From: Lama guanicoe | Lineage: Eukaryota | DNA: 64,000 nucleotides | Direction of reading: 5' to 3' | Assembly (NCBI GenBank): GCA_013239625.1 | Contig: MU053504.1 | Span: forward strand, 560,001-624,000 | Part shown: one piece after another, positions 37,686-51,210 of the stretch | Position numbering within the stretch: position 1 is the first letter of the stretch | Layout of the letters: every line of letters starts with the position of its first letter | Translations under genes and position numbers: made by a program | Notes under the pieces: model-generated | Told to the model about the DNA's origin: nothing | Database searches by the model: none | What the model saw: the letters and a program-made list of their open reading frames with translations, nothing else

Positions 37686-39156
37686 TCCTCAGGTCAAACA
37701 GATTTAGAAACTGTCTGCAGTCTTCATTCACTCCCTCACACCTGTGACTCTCTGGGTTTGCCCTTGGATTTTCCTTCAAGACCCCTACAAGAAGCTCTGA
37801 GCTGCTCCTTGGCAGTGCATAGGGAGGCTTAGGCCAGAGTGACTCATGCCCCTTCAGCCCTCTCTCCCCTCCTCTCCCTCCCTCTGTCCCACCAGATTTA
37901 CAGAAAGTCTATTCCCAAATCAGAGTAACTCTAAGACTCCCTCAAGTACATTTATGGACTCAGCTCTCAAAGAACAGGAGACAGGGTCTGGACTAGGTGT
38001 GGACCTCTGGGCAAGGAGAGGCTCGTAAAGTGCCAGGTTCCCGCCTGGTAAGAATGACAGGTGGAGAAGCCAGACTGATTAAACCTGACCAGGCCTGTAC
38101 GACCCAGGTGTTTAGGACTCGAACCACTGAGTGGAAACAACAAAGGCCCCTCTATTTAAAGAAGCCCACAACAGGACAAGGTACACCATAACCGGCTAGA
38201 AGCCACTGCTACTGCTTTTAAACGAAATATTCTCACCCAGCCCCTGGCTGTGGTCCTCTGATTCCAGGGGCAGGAGGGGAGGAAATGCAAATGTCTGGGG
38301 CCACTTGGAAAATGGATGACAGCATTCATGTGCTTTATGATTTTAATACCCGCATGAAAAGTTATGTGCCATTAGGACATTGTGTTTGGTTTTCTAGAAA
38401 TGAGAGAAGGGAAAAAAGTCCAAGAAGAGGAAGCAGGACAGGGTTCTGTCCTAATTTGCCACTGCCTGGATGTGACCTTGAGTAAGGCTTCTCTCTCTCT
38501 GGGTCTCGGTCTCCACATCTGTTGCACAGAAAGGCTGACTAAGGTCCCCAAGACCCCTTCCTAGACTATTTGAGAGCACCCTTTACACTTCAAAAACATC
38601 CTTGGGCCTCACCTTTCAGTGCACCGGTAACAAGCTGGCCTGCTGGCCTTGAGGGTCGTGGGCTTGCTCCCCAAGGTGGGTGGCCCAAGTGGTAATGTCT
38701 CTCTCACATCATCTAACAGGCAGCGACCACAGACTATACAGACGAGGGAGCTGCACAAGCTAGGCAGGGCAAGCAAAGTCATCACCAGTCTTACTTCAAA
38801 AGAACTAAAATGCTGGCATTGAAAATCTGGTCTGTATTTCCCGTTCCCAACTCAGTTTTAGTTTCTAAGCTACATGTAAAAATACTTCATTTAAACAGCT
38901 ACCATCAGGTGCCCAACCCCATGAGTTCTTTCGAGAGCATATGCCATTCCTTCCCAAGGTATCCACTAATAACTGAAACTGAATGGAGCCAAGAGAAAGA
39001 GAACGTAAGGGGAAAAGCCCGTGGTGTTTCTGGTTCTCTCTGATGCCCATCAAACACTGGGCATGACTTGGGCGGAGCAAAGGTAGTTAAAGGAAGCTCC
39101 TTCAGCATTGAGTTCCTTACCCAAGAATGGGGAGCTCAGGGAGGAGGCCATTCCTG

Positions 39157-39357
<201 letters not shown>

Positions 39358-41857
39358 TTACCTGGGTGTCCCTTGGCCAGGATGATGTGACTAGGACACA
39401 TTTCAGTGACTGCATGGCTGCCTGGGTGCTGGGCACCCCTGTGCAGGACATGGAGGTAGGCAGTCAGGCTGGATGAGCCCTGCATCTGGCTCTGAGGGGC
39501 CACACAGCAGATAAAAAACCCTCTTAACTCCCGGAATATTCAGGCCCCCGGTCTTTCTACCCAGGTCTTACTGATCTAACTCTGGACAGCCAACACTCTG
39601 GAAGTGTCACCACCTAGTCCTTGAGTGGCCTGTCACTCAAAGGACATGTTAAGAGGCATCTACATTCTTAGAAAAGGAGCACTTTGATAAAAACGTTGCT
39701 TTAAAAGAGAACACACAGAACATAGTATTTGGGGGCAGGTTTCTGGGCTTTATATATTTATACTCATACTCAGAAATATAGAAAAACTAAGACAGTATAA
39801 ATTTCTGGGGTACAAAGTAGCATGTACAGCATGCTATCATTTGTGTGAAAAAGAGGAAAATATATATTCGCACCTGCCTGCATAAACAGAAAACATCTTT
39901 GGAAGGACACAAATATCACCAGCATTTTTCTATGGAGAGAATAGAGAGTGGAGGAAAATATATTTCACTTTTAAAAACGTACTTGTACTTTTCTCACTTT
40001 CTAATTAAAAATACAAAAAAGTTTAAATATCTATTTTCTGAACAGTGAGCAGGTCCTTAGCTGCATATCCATCCTTGACTTACGTCTTCTAAGTTTCCAT
40101 GTGTACATTCCTGGCTCTCTGACCCAGCCCAAGAGATAGTGACTAAAGAGAAAGCTGCAGGCTTGCTTCCTACAGCTCCCTTCAGAAACTAGGACATGTT
40201 GGACCAAGGTGGTAAGGACACTTAAAGGCAATTGGCTTAACCTAACAGAACTCAAAACAATCATATCCTTTCACCTAGTAATTCCACTTCTAGAATCTTT
40301 TGATAGAAATCCAAATGCTTATTGCAAGAGGAGTGGTTTCACAGGCACATCTGCATCACAGGTACACACAGCACCACTGTTCCACCAGAAAGATTAAATG
40401 TACTTAAAGCCTTGAATATACCAACATTGAAAGATGCCCAAGATATATTGTTAGATGAAAAAAGCAAGCTGCCAAAATAGTACATGTGGCAGGACTGCAG
40501 ACCTGTAAACATAAAACAAACCAAAACAATGTCAAAAGAATAGGAAAGGGGGCACAAGTGTTTGTAAGTTACTTGCTAAAGAAATAGCCTGTGGAGTAAA
40601 AGAAGATGCTCTGCGTAGGTCTCACCACCCAGACTTCTCATGGGTAAGAGCTGTGACTGGCCCAAAGCACACTGGGTCCAGGGGGAGCCTGGGCACCTCC
40701 CCAGCATTTCGTCGTGCCTCACCAAGCGTGGGATGTGAAACAGGCTGATAACGCTATCTCGGTGGCAGCTATGGCTCTTGGAACATACAACACAATGATT
40801 GTTCCAGTGCTGGAACAGCCACAGAAGATGAGTCGTAGGGTGGACAATAGTTGGCACGAGAGATGGGGGATGGGCTCCAGACCCAAGAGCCTGCCAGACG
40901 TTGGGGGTGGGGACAGGATGGGACAGAAAGATATAGTTGGGGAAGTTTCCAAAGGGAAGTAAGGCACAAAGATCCTCTCCTTTCTGTACTGTTGACCCTC
41001 TGCTGTGCAGGAACAGAAATCTAGACACCTGGGAATGGGATGGCTCAAAGTTACTGAAAGTTAAGCAGTTTATCTGGAGATAAACCAGTGATATTTTATA
41101 AAGAAATTAGTGCATTCTGGAAAAGAGAGAGACAGACAGAAATCTTTCTCTCCACATTGTTTAAATCTCCAATTCTCTTTGGTGAGAGGAAATAGACTAA
41201 TTATCCATCATGGCAGGGCTTAATTATAAAGCCCCCTGAGTCTTAGGCCACTATAAACATTCCTTTACCTGGTTGGTGCCAAGAAAAAAGTCCCTAGGCT
41301 CGATGCAAGGATAAAATCCAACTGAAATTTGGCAACCCTGGGTCCCCTATTGCCTACTGGGAATTCCATAGTGTTGGCTGTGTAAATAACAAAAGCTGTT
41401 GATACAAATGGGGAGGGGAAAGGTGAAGAAACAGACTCAAGACAAACAAAATTACTTTCTCCATGAGTGTGACCTCTCAGGACTGGTCTCATACAACATG
41501 GTCAATAATAAGACACAACCAAATTAAAACCACACTGAGGTAACATTTTTCATTCGTTACTTTGTCCTGAAGCCAAGTTTAACAATACACTGTGCTGGAG
41601 GGGCCGAGAAGAGACACTACCTTCACAGCCCGCTGGTGGTAATTCACAGTGTAAGTAAGCCCATACGGTAAAACGTCAAAATACAGTGCACACAGCCACT
41701 GAACCACGCACTCCACCTCTGAGAAGCTGTGGCAATCCCAGCACAAATGTAAAATAAAGTCCATAGAAGATCAGTCACTGCAGCACTGTTCACATGATCC
41801 AAATTCTGGAAATGACCCAAATGGCCATCGACAAATTACAGTACTCCCAAGGGAATA

Positions 41858-42483
41858 CAGGCATACCTCATTTCACTATGCTTTACAGATACTGTGTTTT
41901 TTACAAGTTGAAGGTCTGTGGCGACTCTGTGTCAAGTAAGTCTATTGGCACCACTTTTCTACAACATTTGCTCCTTCATGTCTCTGGGTCACATTTTGGT
42001 AATTCTCACGATATTTCAATACTTTTTCATTATTATTGTATTTGTATGGTGATCTGCGATCTTTGATGTTACTGCTGCAAAAAGATTATGACTCACTGAA
42101 GGCTCAGATGACGGTTAGCATTTTTCAGCAATAAAGTATTTTTTAATTAAGGTATGTACACAGGTTTGAACTATATGGGTCCACTTATACATGAATATTT
42201 TTCAATAGTAAACACTACATCATCTGCAGTTGAATCCTCTGATGAGGAGTTGCAGACGTGGAGGGCCGATTATAAAGTTAGACATGGATTTTCAACTGGT
42301 TGAGGCGGGAGTTGGCACCCCATCCTCGCATTGTTCAAGGGTAAACTGTACATTGTTTTTTAGACATAATGCTATTGCACACTTAATAGACTACAGTACA
42401 CTGTAAACATAACTTTGGTAACTGGGAAACCGAAAAATTTGGTGGTCTGCCAGCAAACCTGCGATGTCTCTGAGGAGTGCCCA
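41858..42483 (+). mobile_element. Tigger1 deletion derivative with a nested Tigger2-like element (about 42159-42348)
   Basis: TA followed by TIR caggcatacctc; Tigger1 body (tttttacaagttgaaggtctgtggc; gactcactgaaggctcagatga). The nested piece ends ttgttcaagggtaaactg|TA within ggtatgTA...TAcattg. Confidence 0.85.
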
Positions 42484-42752
42484 CACTACGAAGCTCTGTG
42501 AGGAGGAGAGCTTCCTCCTTTTTATGTCCTGGTATATAAAGTATCAGAGATGGATTAAGTGAAAAAGCAAAGTGCCAAACAATGTGTGTGTGTCTAAAAG
42601 AAAAAAAAGGCAACTTAAAGAAACTCTACAAGACAATAATAAAAGGAGTTACCTGGATGGGGGTGCTGGGAGTGAAGTTTTTCACTTATACCTCGGACTT
42701 CTGAACCATATGAATGTACTACCCATAAATATAATTTAAAAGGTAGACACTA

Positions 42753-42950
<198 letters not shown>

Positions 42951-45844
42951 TCAGAGCCAGTGGCAGGGTGCCGGGCCCGGAGGGTAGCACTGGAGGGCCT
43001 GGCAGGATGTCCCAGGCCTGAGGAGGAACTGCAGCGTCCAGGGAGGATTCCCTGTGTCCTCAGTAGGCCTCTGAGGAGCTGGGACAGTCCCTCTACTCCA
43101 GATCCGGAATGCTCTTCCCCAACTCCAAGCAGTAAGACAGCACAGGATTCTGCTGTGTTTGTATGGTTTTAGAGGGGGAGGGAAACCCCAACCTAAACAA
43201 CGGCAACACTGGTTGGTGGGATGGGGAAGCAGAAGTCAACTGAGAGCTTTATCACAGCCACCAGACTTCTTGTATTTTGACAAAATAGGAAATGGGGAGT
43301 AGGCGGGGGGAGGGGGAGGTGATGTGGGACAGGAACTGCTGTCCTAACAGAGCAGGAAGGGAGACAGATGTCCTGGGGCAGGGTAGATGTGGACACTGCC
43401 TGAAGCCTGAGGCTAAGGACTGAGAGGGAGACAGGAGGATGGGGCTCCACCTCTGCCAAGTCAGTGCAGAGCCAGGCACTGGCTCCCCAGAACTAACGAG
43501 CTGGGGGCACACACAGCTCACCTCTTCACCAGAACACAGTCACTACCTGATGAAAGAAACGAAAAAGGTAGGACTTGAATAGTTTCCTATAAATGAGTAA
43601 CTGGGAGAAGACCAGGTCTCCACTCTCCGCAACACTGACCGCAGACACTCCCTTCAGCCCATTTCAAGCTCTACTTCATACACTGGACCCAACCCAACTG
43701 AACTCAGCATTAATGGTGAGAGCAGGCAACAAATAGCTGGAATTGCATAATCCCGTCTCTGGCCAGGTAGGAGCCTTTCCATCCACCTGCCAGACACTGC
43801 TTGTGACAGAAATAAGGAACCCAATTCCAAGGCTCAGTAACCCGCCCAAGGTCAGAGCCAGTGGGTAGTGGGGCCTGGCTCTAGCAAATGGCTTTATTTA
43901 GCTCAGCGGGGACTGCGAACTCTGAAGGAGACTGAAAACCACAAATAGCCTCTTCCTGGTCTGCGCTCTTTAGAGTAGATCCTGAGTAGAGCCCAGGGGC
44001 TTCCTGAGCAGCCACGATGGACAAGTCACTAGGTGAGGAAGTCCCCTGGAAATAAGCCAAGTGATGTTAGGGGGTCCCCTCTAAGCCCTAATCATCTGCA
44101 AGGGCTGGCTGGACAAAACCCACAGAGAAAAACTGTCCAGAGGAGCACCTGAAACCCAGGCTATGGAACATTCCAGACCCTTGGAAAATCCAGACCCAGC
44201 ACCCCCAACCTCCCTTTCTAACTGAGTATCAACTTTCCAGAAGCAGCAACAGCCTAACCCAGGAGACGAACTAGAATCAATGTAAGCCTTTCTCCTCTGT
44301 CAGTGTTGGCGTGGGGTGGGCACATAGCCCAGTTTGGGCCCTTGGACCAGTTGTAAAGTCTACTGGAATCTTCCAGGAAAGACCTGCGTCACTGGTAAAC
44401 ACACCCAAGAAGAAAGCTCTTGCCCTCCCTTCCTGTTGAATGCTGTTTTGTAAGTATGTGATGTCTGGAGCCATGGCAGCCACCTTGTAACCAAGAGGTC
44501 AGTCAGGAACCTCAGAGTAGTAGTTCCTTTGCTCCGAACCAGCCTCAAACTACCTCCCTTAAGACTTGCATTCTGAGGTGATTAAAAGTCTGTTTTGCCT
44601 TAACTCAAGTTTTCAGTTACTTGCAGCTGAAATAACAAATGGAATAAGGAAAATCTTTTGACATTTACTTAGCACATCCCATTGTAGTGTTGCCATGAGA
44701 GAAGTTAACAAAGAAATGGAACTCAACAACCCATATCTCACTAAGAGCTATCACCGATTGTGACAACAAACCAGTTATGTCAGGACCCAGTCTACACATA
44801 AATCTGTATAAACAAAACAAAATTTACATGTAATAGTTACTATGTCAGATGCACTTCTCATTTTTAAAAAGAACGCTGATTGTGACCCCTAGGTTTATTT
44901 CATGATACACTAATGAGTTGCAACTCATAGTTAACAGAAATACAGTATACCTACAAAAGAATTATACTATTTCCTGTCAAATCTGAACATGCTTCCAATC
45001 AGAGCAAGATCATATTTTGATTGCAACAAAAACCACTGGGTACTGAGACAGAATCCCTATACTTTCCATTTATTCCTGATCAAATGCATTGCTAAGCAAC
45101 TTCTGGATGTTATATGCATCCATCCTGCTTTGCCTGAAGGTGAGATGCTTCAACTGCCTGACTGGTACCAAGCCTGCAGCACAAGGTAAGACTCAGGCTC
45201 TACCAGCTGCTGAACCAGACTGGAGAAATGGATGGTCTTCAGTGCAGAGACTGGGTTTGGGAAGATGTCTAACCCCAGCTCCCTTAAGCTTTTCTGGGAC
45301 ACTGAGGGGCATAAAAGAAACCATAAAAGCCAAGAAACAGGATTTCAAAGTAAAGGGGCTTTAAGCAGGAGCTTTGCCAAGGATCCTTATTCTCCTACCC
45401 TATTTCAGATGAGCCATTATCCCTTAGAAGAGGACTTAAGCCTCACTCCAGAACTTCAGAGCACAGTCACCATCTGTCAGTCTCAGCTACTTTCTCTGAG
45501 GAGACATCTTCACACAGAAGGTTGGGTGGTGTTGATAACGGTGGGGTTCATTAGATGTGAGGTGGGGATTTCCTATAATCTAAGTCCAAAGAGTAAATGA
45601 TATCCCAAGATCTGAGCAGGATGTCACACAACTGTCACAGGCAGGGAGAGGAGATGATGTTAGAGGGGAAGCAGTGTCCATTAAGATGCAGGAATGAATG
45701 CGCATGATATCATGTTTTCTCAAGTGGGAATTAGGCTGGTCAGTGTTGAATGCAGGACATAAGAGAAGCTGTGGCATTATAACAGGCAGTTTTGGCCAAG
45801 ATGGAGGAAAAGGGATCAGATTTACCCTCCTACCTAAACAACCA

Positions 45845-45879
45845 AAAATAAAAACAAAAAAGCACCACACAAACAAACC

Positions 45880-45916
<37 letters not shown>

Positions 45917-45995
45917 AACAAAAAAAAAAAAAAGAGGGAGAGAGAGAGACAGAGACAGACAGAGAGTGAGAACAAAAGAGAAAGAGAAACAACCT
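45845..45995 (+). repeat. A-rich and (GA)n/(GACA) low-complexity tract inside an old L1M 5' fragment (about 45790-46770)
   Basis: Several A runs of 12-24 nt followed by gagagagagacagagacagac; upstream ggccaagatggagg is typical of L1M 5' ends. Confidence 0.8.
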
Positions 45996-46789
45996 AGACA
46001 ATAGCTAAAACAATTAAGACACTGGACACTGTAATGGAAAACTGACTGCTGAGAGACAGGAAACTAATAAGGTGAGTCCTATGACTGCCCCAGCTTACGT
46101 CCTTGGGAGTTTCGAAGGAAAGGAAACTTGGCTGGAACTCAAGTCCACAGGGCACATACCAGGGGGAAGAGAGCTATAGAGAAGATTCCCAGAGATAGAG
46201 AGGGTCCCCTTGAGTATTCAGTAATCAATGCACGTATTTGAGGAAACTACTCAAGGCCAGGAAAAGAACCATCCATAAGGTTTAGAAGGAACAGTGCTCA
46301 GAGCTCATACAGGGCTGGAATCAGTGCCTGATTTTCATCAGCCAGACTAAAGAAAGTCACGGTTTATGAGGCACTGGGCAGGATACCCAGGAAGATCTCG
46401 CCTCAGCAGTGAGGAATATCCAGGCCCAAACGGAGCACTCCAGCCCCACCGAACAAATCATAAAAGCACGACCCAAAAGGATCAACCTGTTTCCAAGTAA
46501 CTTCAGTGCTTCCCAGTACAAAGCTCACGAAGATTTATAGTAATAAAGATATCCAGCATCCCAAAAGGTAAAATTCACCATGTCTTGTGTTCAAAGATTA
46601 CCAAGCATCCAACGAGGCAGGAAAACATGACCTACAATGCGACTAATCAATCAACTGAAATCAACCTAGAACTGACACATGACACATCACTCTAGAACTT
46701 ACACTTAGTAAAGAAAGACAGTAGGATTCAAATCAAATTTCTGGAGATGAAAAGTACAATGCCTGAGGTTGACTGGGCTGGGACTGGAC

Positions 46790-47500
46790 ACCTACAAGCA
46801 AAAGTAAAAAAAATAAAGTAAAAACTTGGATCTATTATCAGCATTACAAAAATGCACATTAAAACCACTAGGAGACAAAACTACTACTGATTAAAATGAG
46901 TACAACTAAAAAGATCGTATTACGTGTTGGTGAGGATGTGGAGGAACTGGAATTCTCATACACGTTTTGGTTGGAATATAAAACAGAACAATCACTTTGG
47001 AAAATAGCTTGACAGTTTTAACACACACCTCCTATTTGATCCAGCGATCTACTCCTGGAAATTTGAGAAATGACAGCTTATGGCTGTACAACAAGACTTA
47101 TATTCACAGTGACTTACTTGTAATAGTTAATAGCCAATAACTGGCACAACCCAAACATCTGCCAAATGGTGAATGGATAACCAAGTATATCCATCCATAC
47201 AGTAGAAAAATTATTCAGCAATAAAAACGAATGAACTATTGACATGGAACAACATAATCTCTGAATAATTATACTGAGTGAAAGATGCCAGACAAAACAA
47301 TATACTTTGTATGATTCCATTTATACAAAACGTTAGAAAATGCAAACTAACCTATGCTGAAAGAAAAGCATATCAGCCTTTGTTGGGGATGGGAAGAAGG
47401 GAGATGTTTCAGAGAGTAACAAAGAAATGTATCAAAACTTATGAAACTGTACAGTTTATCAGAAGTCCGGAAGTCCATTATGCCTCTATAAAACTTTATT
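46790..47500 (+). mobile_element. Old L1M 3' fragment
   Basis: gtgttggtgaggatgtggaggaactggaattctcatac...actttggaaaatag; atactgagtgaaagatgccagacaaaa...atgattccatttata. Confidence 0.8.
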
Positions 47501-49590
47501 TCAAAGGGAGGGGGAGGGAAAAAAGTGAGATTTACTGAAATCCTACATATGTTTACGTCCTACACCCGACCTGGCGCTGGATGGCAGCTGCTTCCTGTCT
47601 GGGGAAGGAGCAGGTAAAGCAGGCAGCAAGTCAAGTCTCAGCAGCTGCTCTGGTTTTAACTCTGAACATCTCCGTGCCAGGACCTGGAGCCCTTGAACAC
47701 TGACACCACCTGCCAAGTTAACGCCGTAATTTCCTAGAGAAAGCACGCTCTGCTGAGGGAAGGCAACTGAGGTTACAGTTCAGACACGACAGCTGACACT
47801 CTTTAAGCTCCAAACGCTACTCTTAGCAAAAACCTGGATCACCAGCACAACCTTCTATGTGCAGAACTGACTGACTTCATTTCTGATTACACACAAATCT
47901 GTACCTCATGACCTCCGATGGTTACTTATTCTCAATTTTGAGAACTAATTCTTGTCTCTCCTGACTGAATACAGCTCGAGGTCACAGACCTGGACTCGGA
48001 GTTCCATGTCCCTGTGGCACTCGGCTCAGACCGGGCACTCACCACACTGGCACTCATGAGCACTTTTCGATTTGCTTCATTTGCATGTTTTTTAAGAACG
48101 AGGAGGACAAACATGAGGCTTCCATATTTGGACCTCTTCCCTATACGGTAGGAAGAACCTGAGGTTTAATCCCGGAATTTTTTACTTTTGGCACTTTTAA
48201 ATTACTAATCAGTGAGGAAAATGTAAAAATTTGGAGGTCTCCAGTTAAAAGCAAAAGACCAAGAAAGAAGCAAAAGCTATGGCTGCTTGAGCCTCTGGCA
48301 GCAAAGCAGTTGATGTCACCTTCGCTTGAGTCTCCTCCCAAACTGTTTAGCTGTTGTTTGGGGGAAGAAGCAAATTCAAATCCCTGGAGAGGGAGCAGGA
48401 GGGCTTAAAGAGAGCGAGAAAGAGCGTGTGGGGAAGAGTCTCCAGATCATATCCCCCCACCCCCACCCCTAGAAGGAACCTAAAGAGGCAGACTTGGCCA
48501 GCAGCTGCTGTGCAAAGGACCCTTGGACTGTGTCCCTGATGCCTGGCTCGTGTCACAGAAGCAGTGGTTAAGACCCAAGGCCAGCATTTGGAGATTCAGG
48601 AGCACCACTGGGTTATTTCACTTATAATCCAACAGAAACGGTTCCACTGCCAGCACACCCATTCCCCCTACACCCTCTACTGGATACGGGAAGATGCCTG
48701 AGGAAGGCACCTGTAGAGCCACAGCTTCAGCACTTGTTGCAGCTGGAGCGTGACTCACAGTGTGGTTTTCAAGAGCTGATGAATCTTTGCAGGTGGTTTT
48801 CACAAGCAGCATTTTATAGGGCCCCAAATATGGAAAGTTTTAAGGCTAAAAATGAAAAAATCCAAACCTATATCAAACAATGACAACAAAACAGAACATC
48901 CCAAACTCCAAACCTTCAAAACTATATAAAGTTCTTAACACTTACAGTTGGGAGAGGGAGAAAGGATTTCTACTTTTAACTCAGTATCAGGTAGTTTCTT
49001 ACGTACAAAAAGTACAATGACTGAATGGAGGCAGGGGAACCAAACTGAAAAATCGCCATTTTTTCCCCAGATTTGCATTTTGAAGCCACTTGGAACACTT
49101 CAAATGGATGTACTGACCTAGACTGAGCTGTTTCCTTTCCCCTTCCTTCTTATATACAGAAGCTCTCTCAACTACCTTTCACTCAACTGTCTCACCAGAC
49201 ACTCTCACAAAAACCACACCTGCACAGCCCCAGACTGTGAAAGCTCCTTGTGCCCCAGTCTCTAGCTCATCCTCATGCCTTCTTTCCCCTGTGAGATTTA
49301 TGCTTTCCAAGGGTCAGTCAGCTCTATATTTATTCCCAAATCCATTTATGTCAGTTATATTTACTGAATATAGATAACATAATTAAATAGTATGTAATTA
49401 AATATGAGTGTGGGTAGAAAAAGAGTGGTCCTAGCTGACTGTTTGGAAAGACTCAGTAAGACAAGTCACTAAAAAATATTGTTAGTGAATAACTATGTGT
49501 GAATGAGAATAATGTTTGGAGGAAGAAGTCTTAAAAACCTAGAAAGGTTTGGCACTTAGATGACCTCACAACAGTCCCTGCTCTACTTTT

Positions 49591-49783
49591 TTTATTTTAA
49601 GAAGTCAGTTACAATGTGTCAGTTTTGAGTGTACAGCACATGCATATACATACTTACACTCATTTTCATATTCTTTTTCATTAAAGGTTATTACAAGATA
49701 CTGAATATAGTTCTCTGCGGTATACAGAAGAAATCTGTGTTTTTTAAATCCATTTTTATATATAGTGGTTAACATTTGCAAAT
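49591..49783 (-). mobile_element. Young 5'-truncated L1 3' end with a 14-bp TSD
   Basis: Perfect TSD cctgctctactttt at 49577-49590 and 49784-49797; short T-tail; L1 3'-end motif (ggttattacaagatactgaatatagtt); tttt/aaa endonuclease-like site. Confidence 0.85.
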
Positions 49784-50559
49784 CCTGCTCTACTTTTAAA
49801 AGAAACCCAAACTAGTTTTTGTAAGAACCTTGATGGGAAATTCCATCAGAAAAGCCATCATAAAAGAAAGACATGGCCCTTTAGTAAATGATAGATGCTT
49901 GGATTTGAAATATAATATTTAGAGAAACCAAGTCACTTTTATGATTAATGTATCAACTATCCACTATGATGGGTGAAGAGAGATTCTACACACCGAGGTA
50001 GTGGAAAAGTAGTCATTCAAAGCCTCTGTCTTGGTTCCATTTCCGGGCCTCTGAGGTTGAACTCAGGGCAACCTTCCTGAACTGGAGTTCTGAGAACCCC
50101 ATGCACGTGCTATGATCAAAAGTCGAGTGCCGACTCAGAGAGAATCAACTTCTCCCTCCCCATCACACAAAGTGCCAGAACGTTTCCCATCTATTATCTG
50201 AAAATGCTTCTAACCTTTGGCTAAATTCCTTCAGGTTCTATGATGAAAAGTGTATTTCCAAAGGAGGGCCCATGATGGGAAGAACATGCAGGATCACAGG
50301 ATACAGACAGAACGCAAGTCCTTGTGGGCGTGCCTTCCATTTCTACTTTCTCACAGTACAAGGGGCTGCCACACTGTGTCTCATGGCGGTATGGGGAGAT
50401 GCACAGAAGGAAACACAGTAACAGGGGCTATCTGAAACTGGGAGAAATGCACATGATCTTTAGCTTTCTTTTCTTTTTTTCTGTCTTCCAGAAAATAGAG
50501 GCAGTAGGCTGTCGGGTGCAATGGTTAAAGGCATGGATTCTGGAGACTGGCTCCAGATT

Positions 50560-51210
50560 ATTTCAGTAATTCTCCCTCTGATCTCCATGCTTCTGCACTG
50601 CTCTCCCACAGCTTAAACTCAACATGGCAGCCAGAGAGGCATTCTTTAAAAATACAAGACAGACCCTATGACTCTTCTGTTCAAAATTCTTCCATAGCTC
50701 CCCATTTCACTCAGAATAGAAGCTAAAGTCCTTAAAATGGTCTTCAAGGCCCTGTAAGAGCTGCCACCCATATCACCATCTCTCTCACTCCATCTCTGGT
50801 TACTCTCACACTTCCCTACTCTGAGAACTCTGTTTTCTCATATGTTCTGTTTACACACACCAGGGATACTCCCTCCCCAGGGCCTCTGTCCTTGCTGTCC
50901 CCTCTGATTAAAATGCTCGTGTACAGTCACTTGGATCACTGCTTTAGCTCCTTCAGGTCTTTGTTCAAATGTCACTTTCTCACTGAGGCCTTCCACTGTT
51001 CCTTCTAAAATCTCAACCACCTCCTGTTTCCTCCTTAGCACTTATTGGCTAATGTCCAATATATGTTTGCTTATTAATCATATTCATCATCTGTCGTTTC
51101 CACTACAATGTCAGATCTGTGAGGGCAGGGCCTCTCCTCTTCACTCCTATATTCCTGGTACCCAGAACAGTGCCTTGCACGTAACAGATAATCAGTAAGT
51201 ACTTGTTGAA
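50560..51210. mobile_element. L2 LINE 3' fragment
   Basis: L2 motifs (ctcccatttcactcagaata...aaagtccttaaaatgg...aaggccctg; aaatgtcactttctca; gagggcaggg...cagaacagtgcct...aagtacttgttgaa). Confidence 0.75.

Noticed and set aside
45580..45997. Poly-Lys and poly-Phe ORFs
   Set aside because: Translation of A-rich microsatellite within an L1 fragment.
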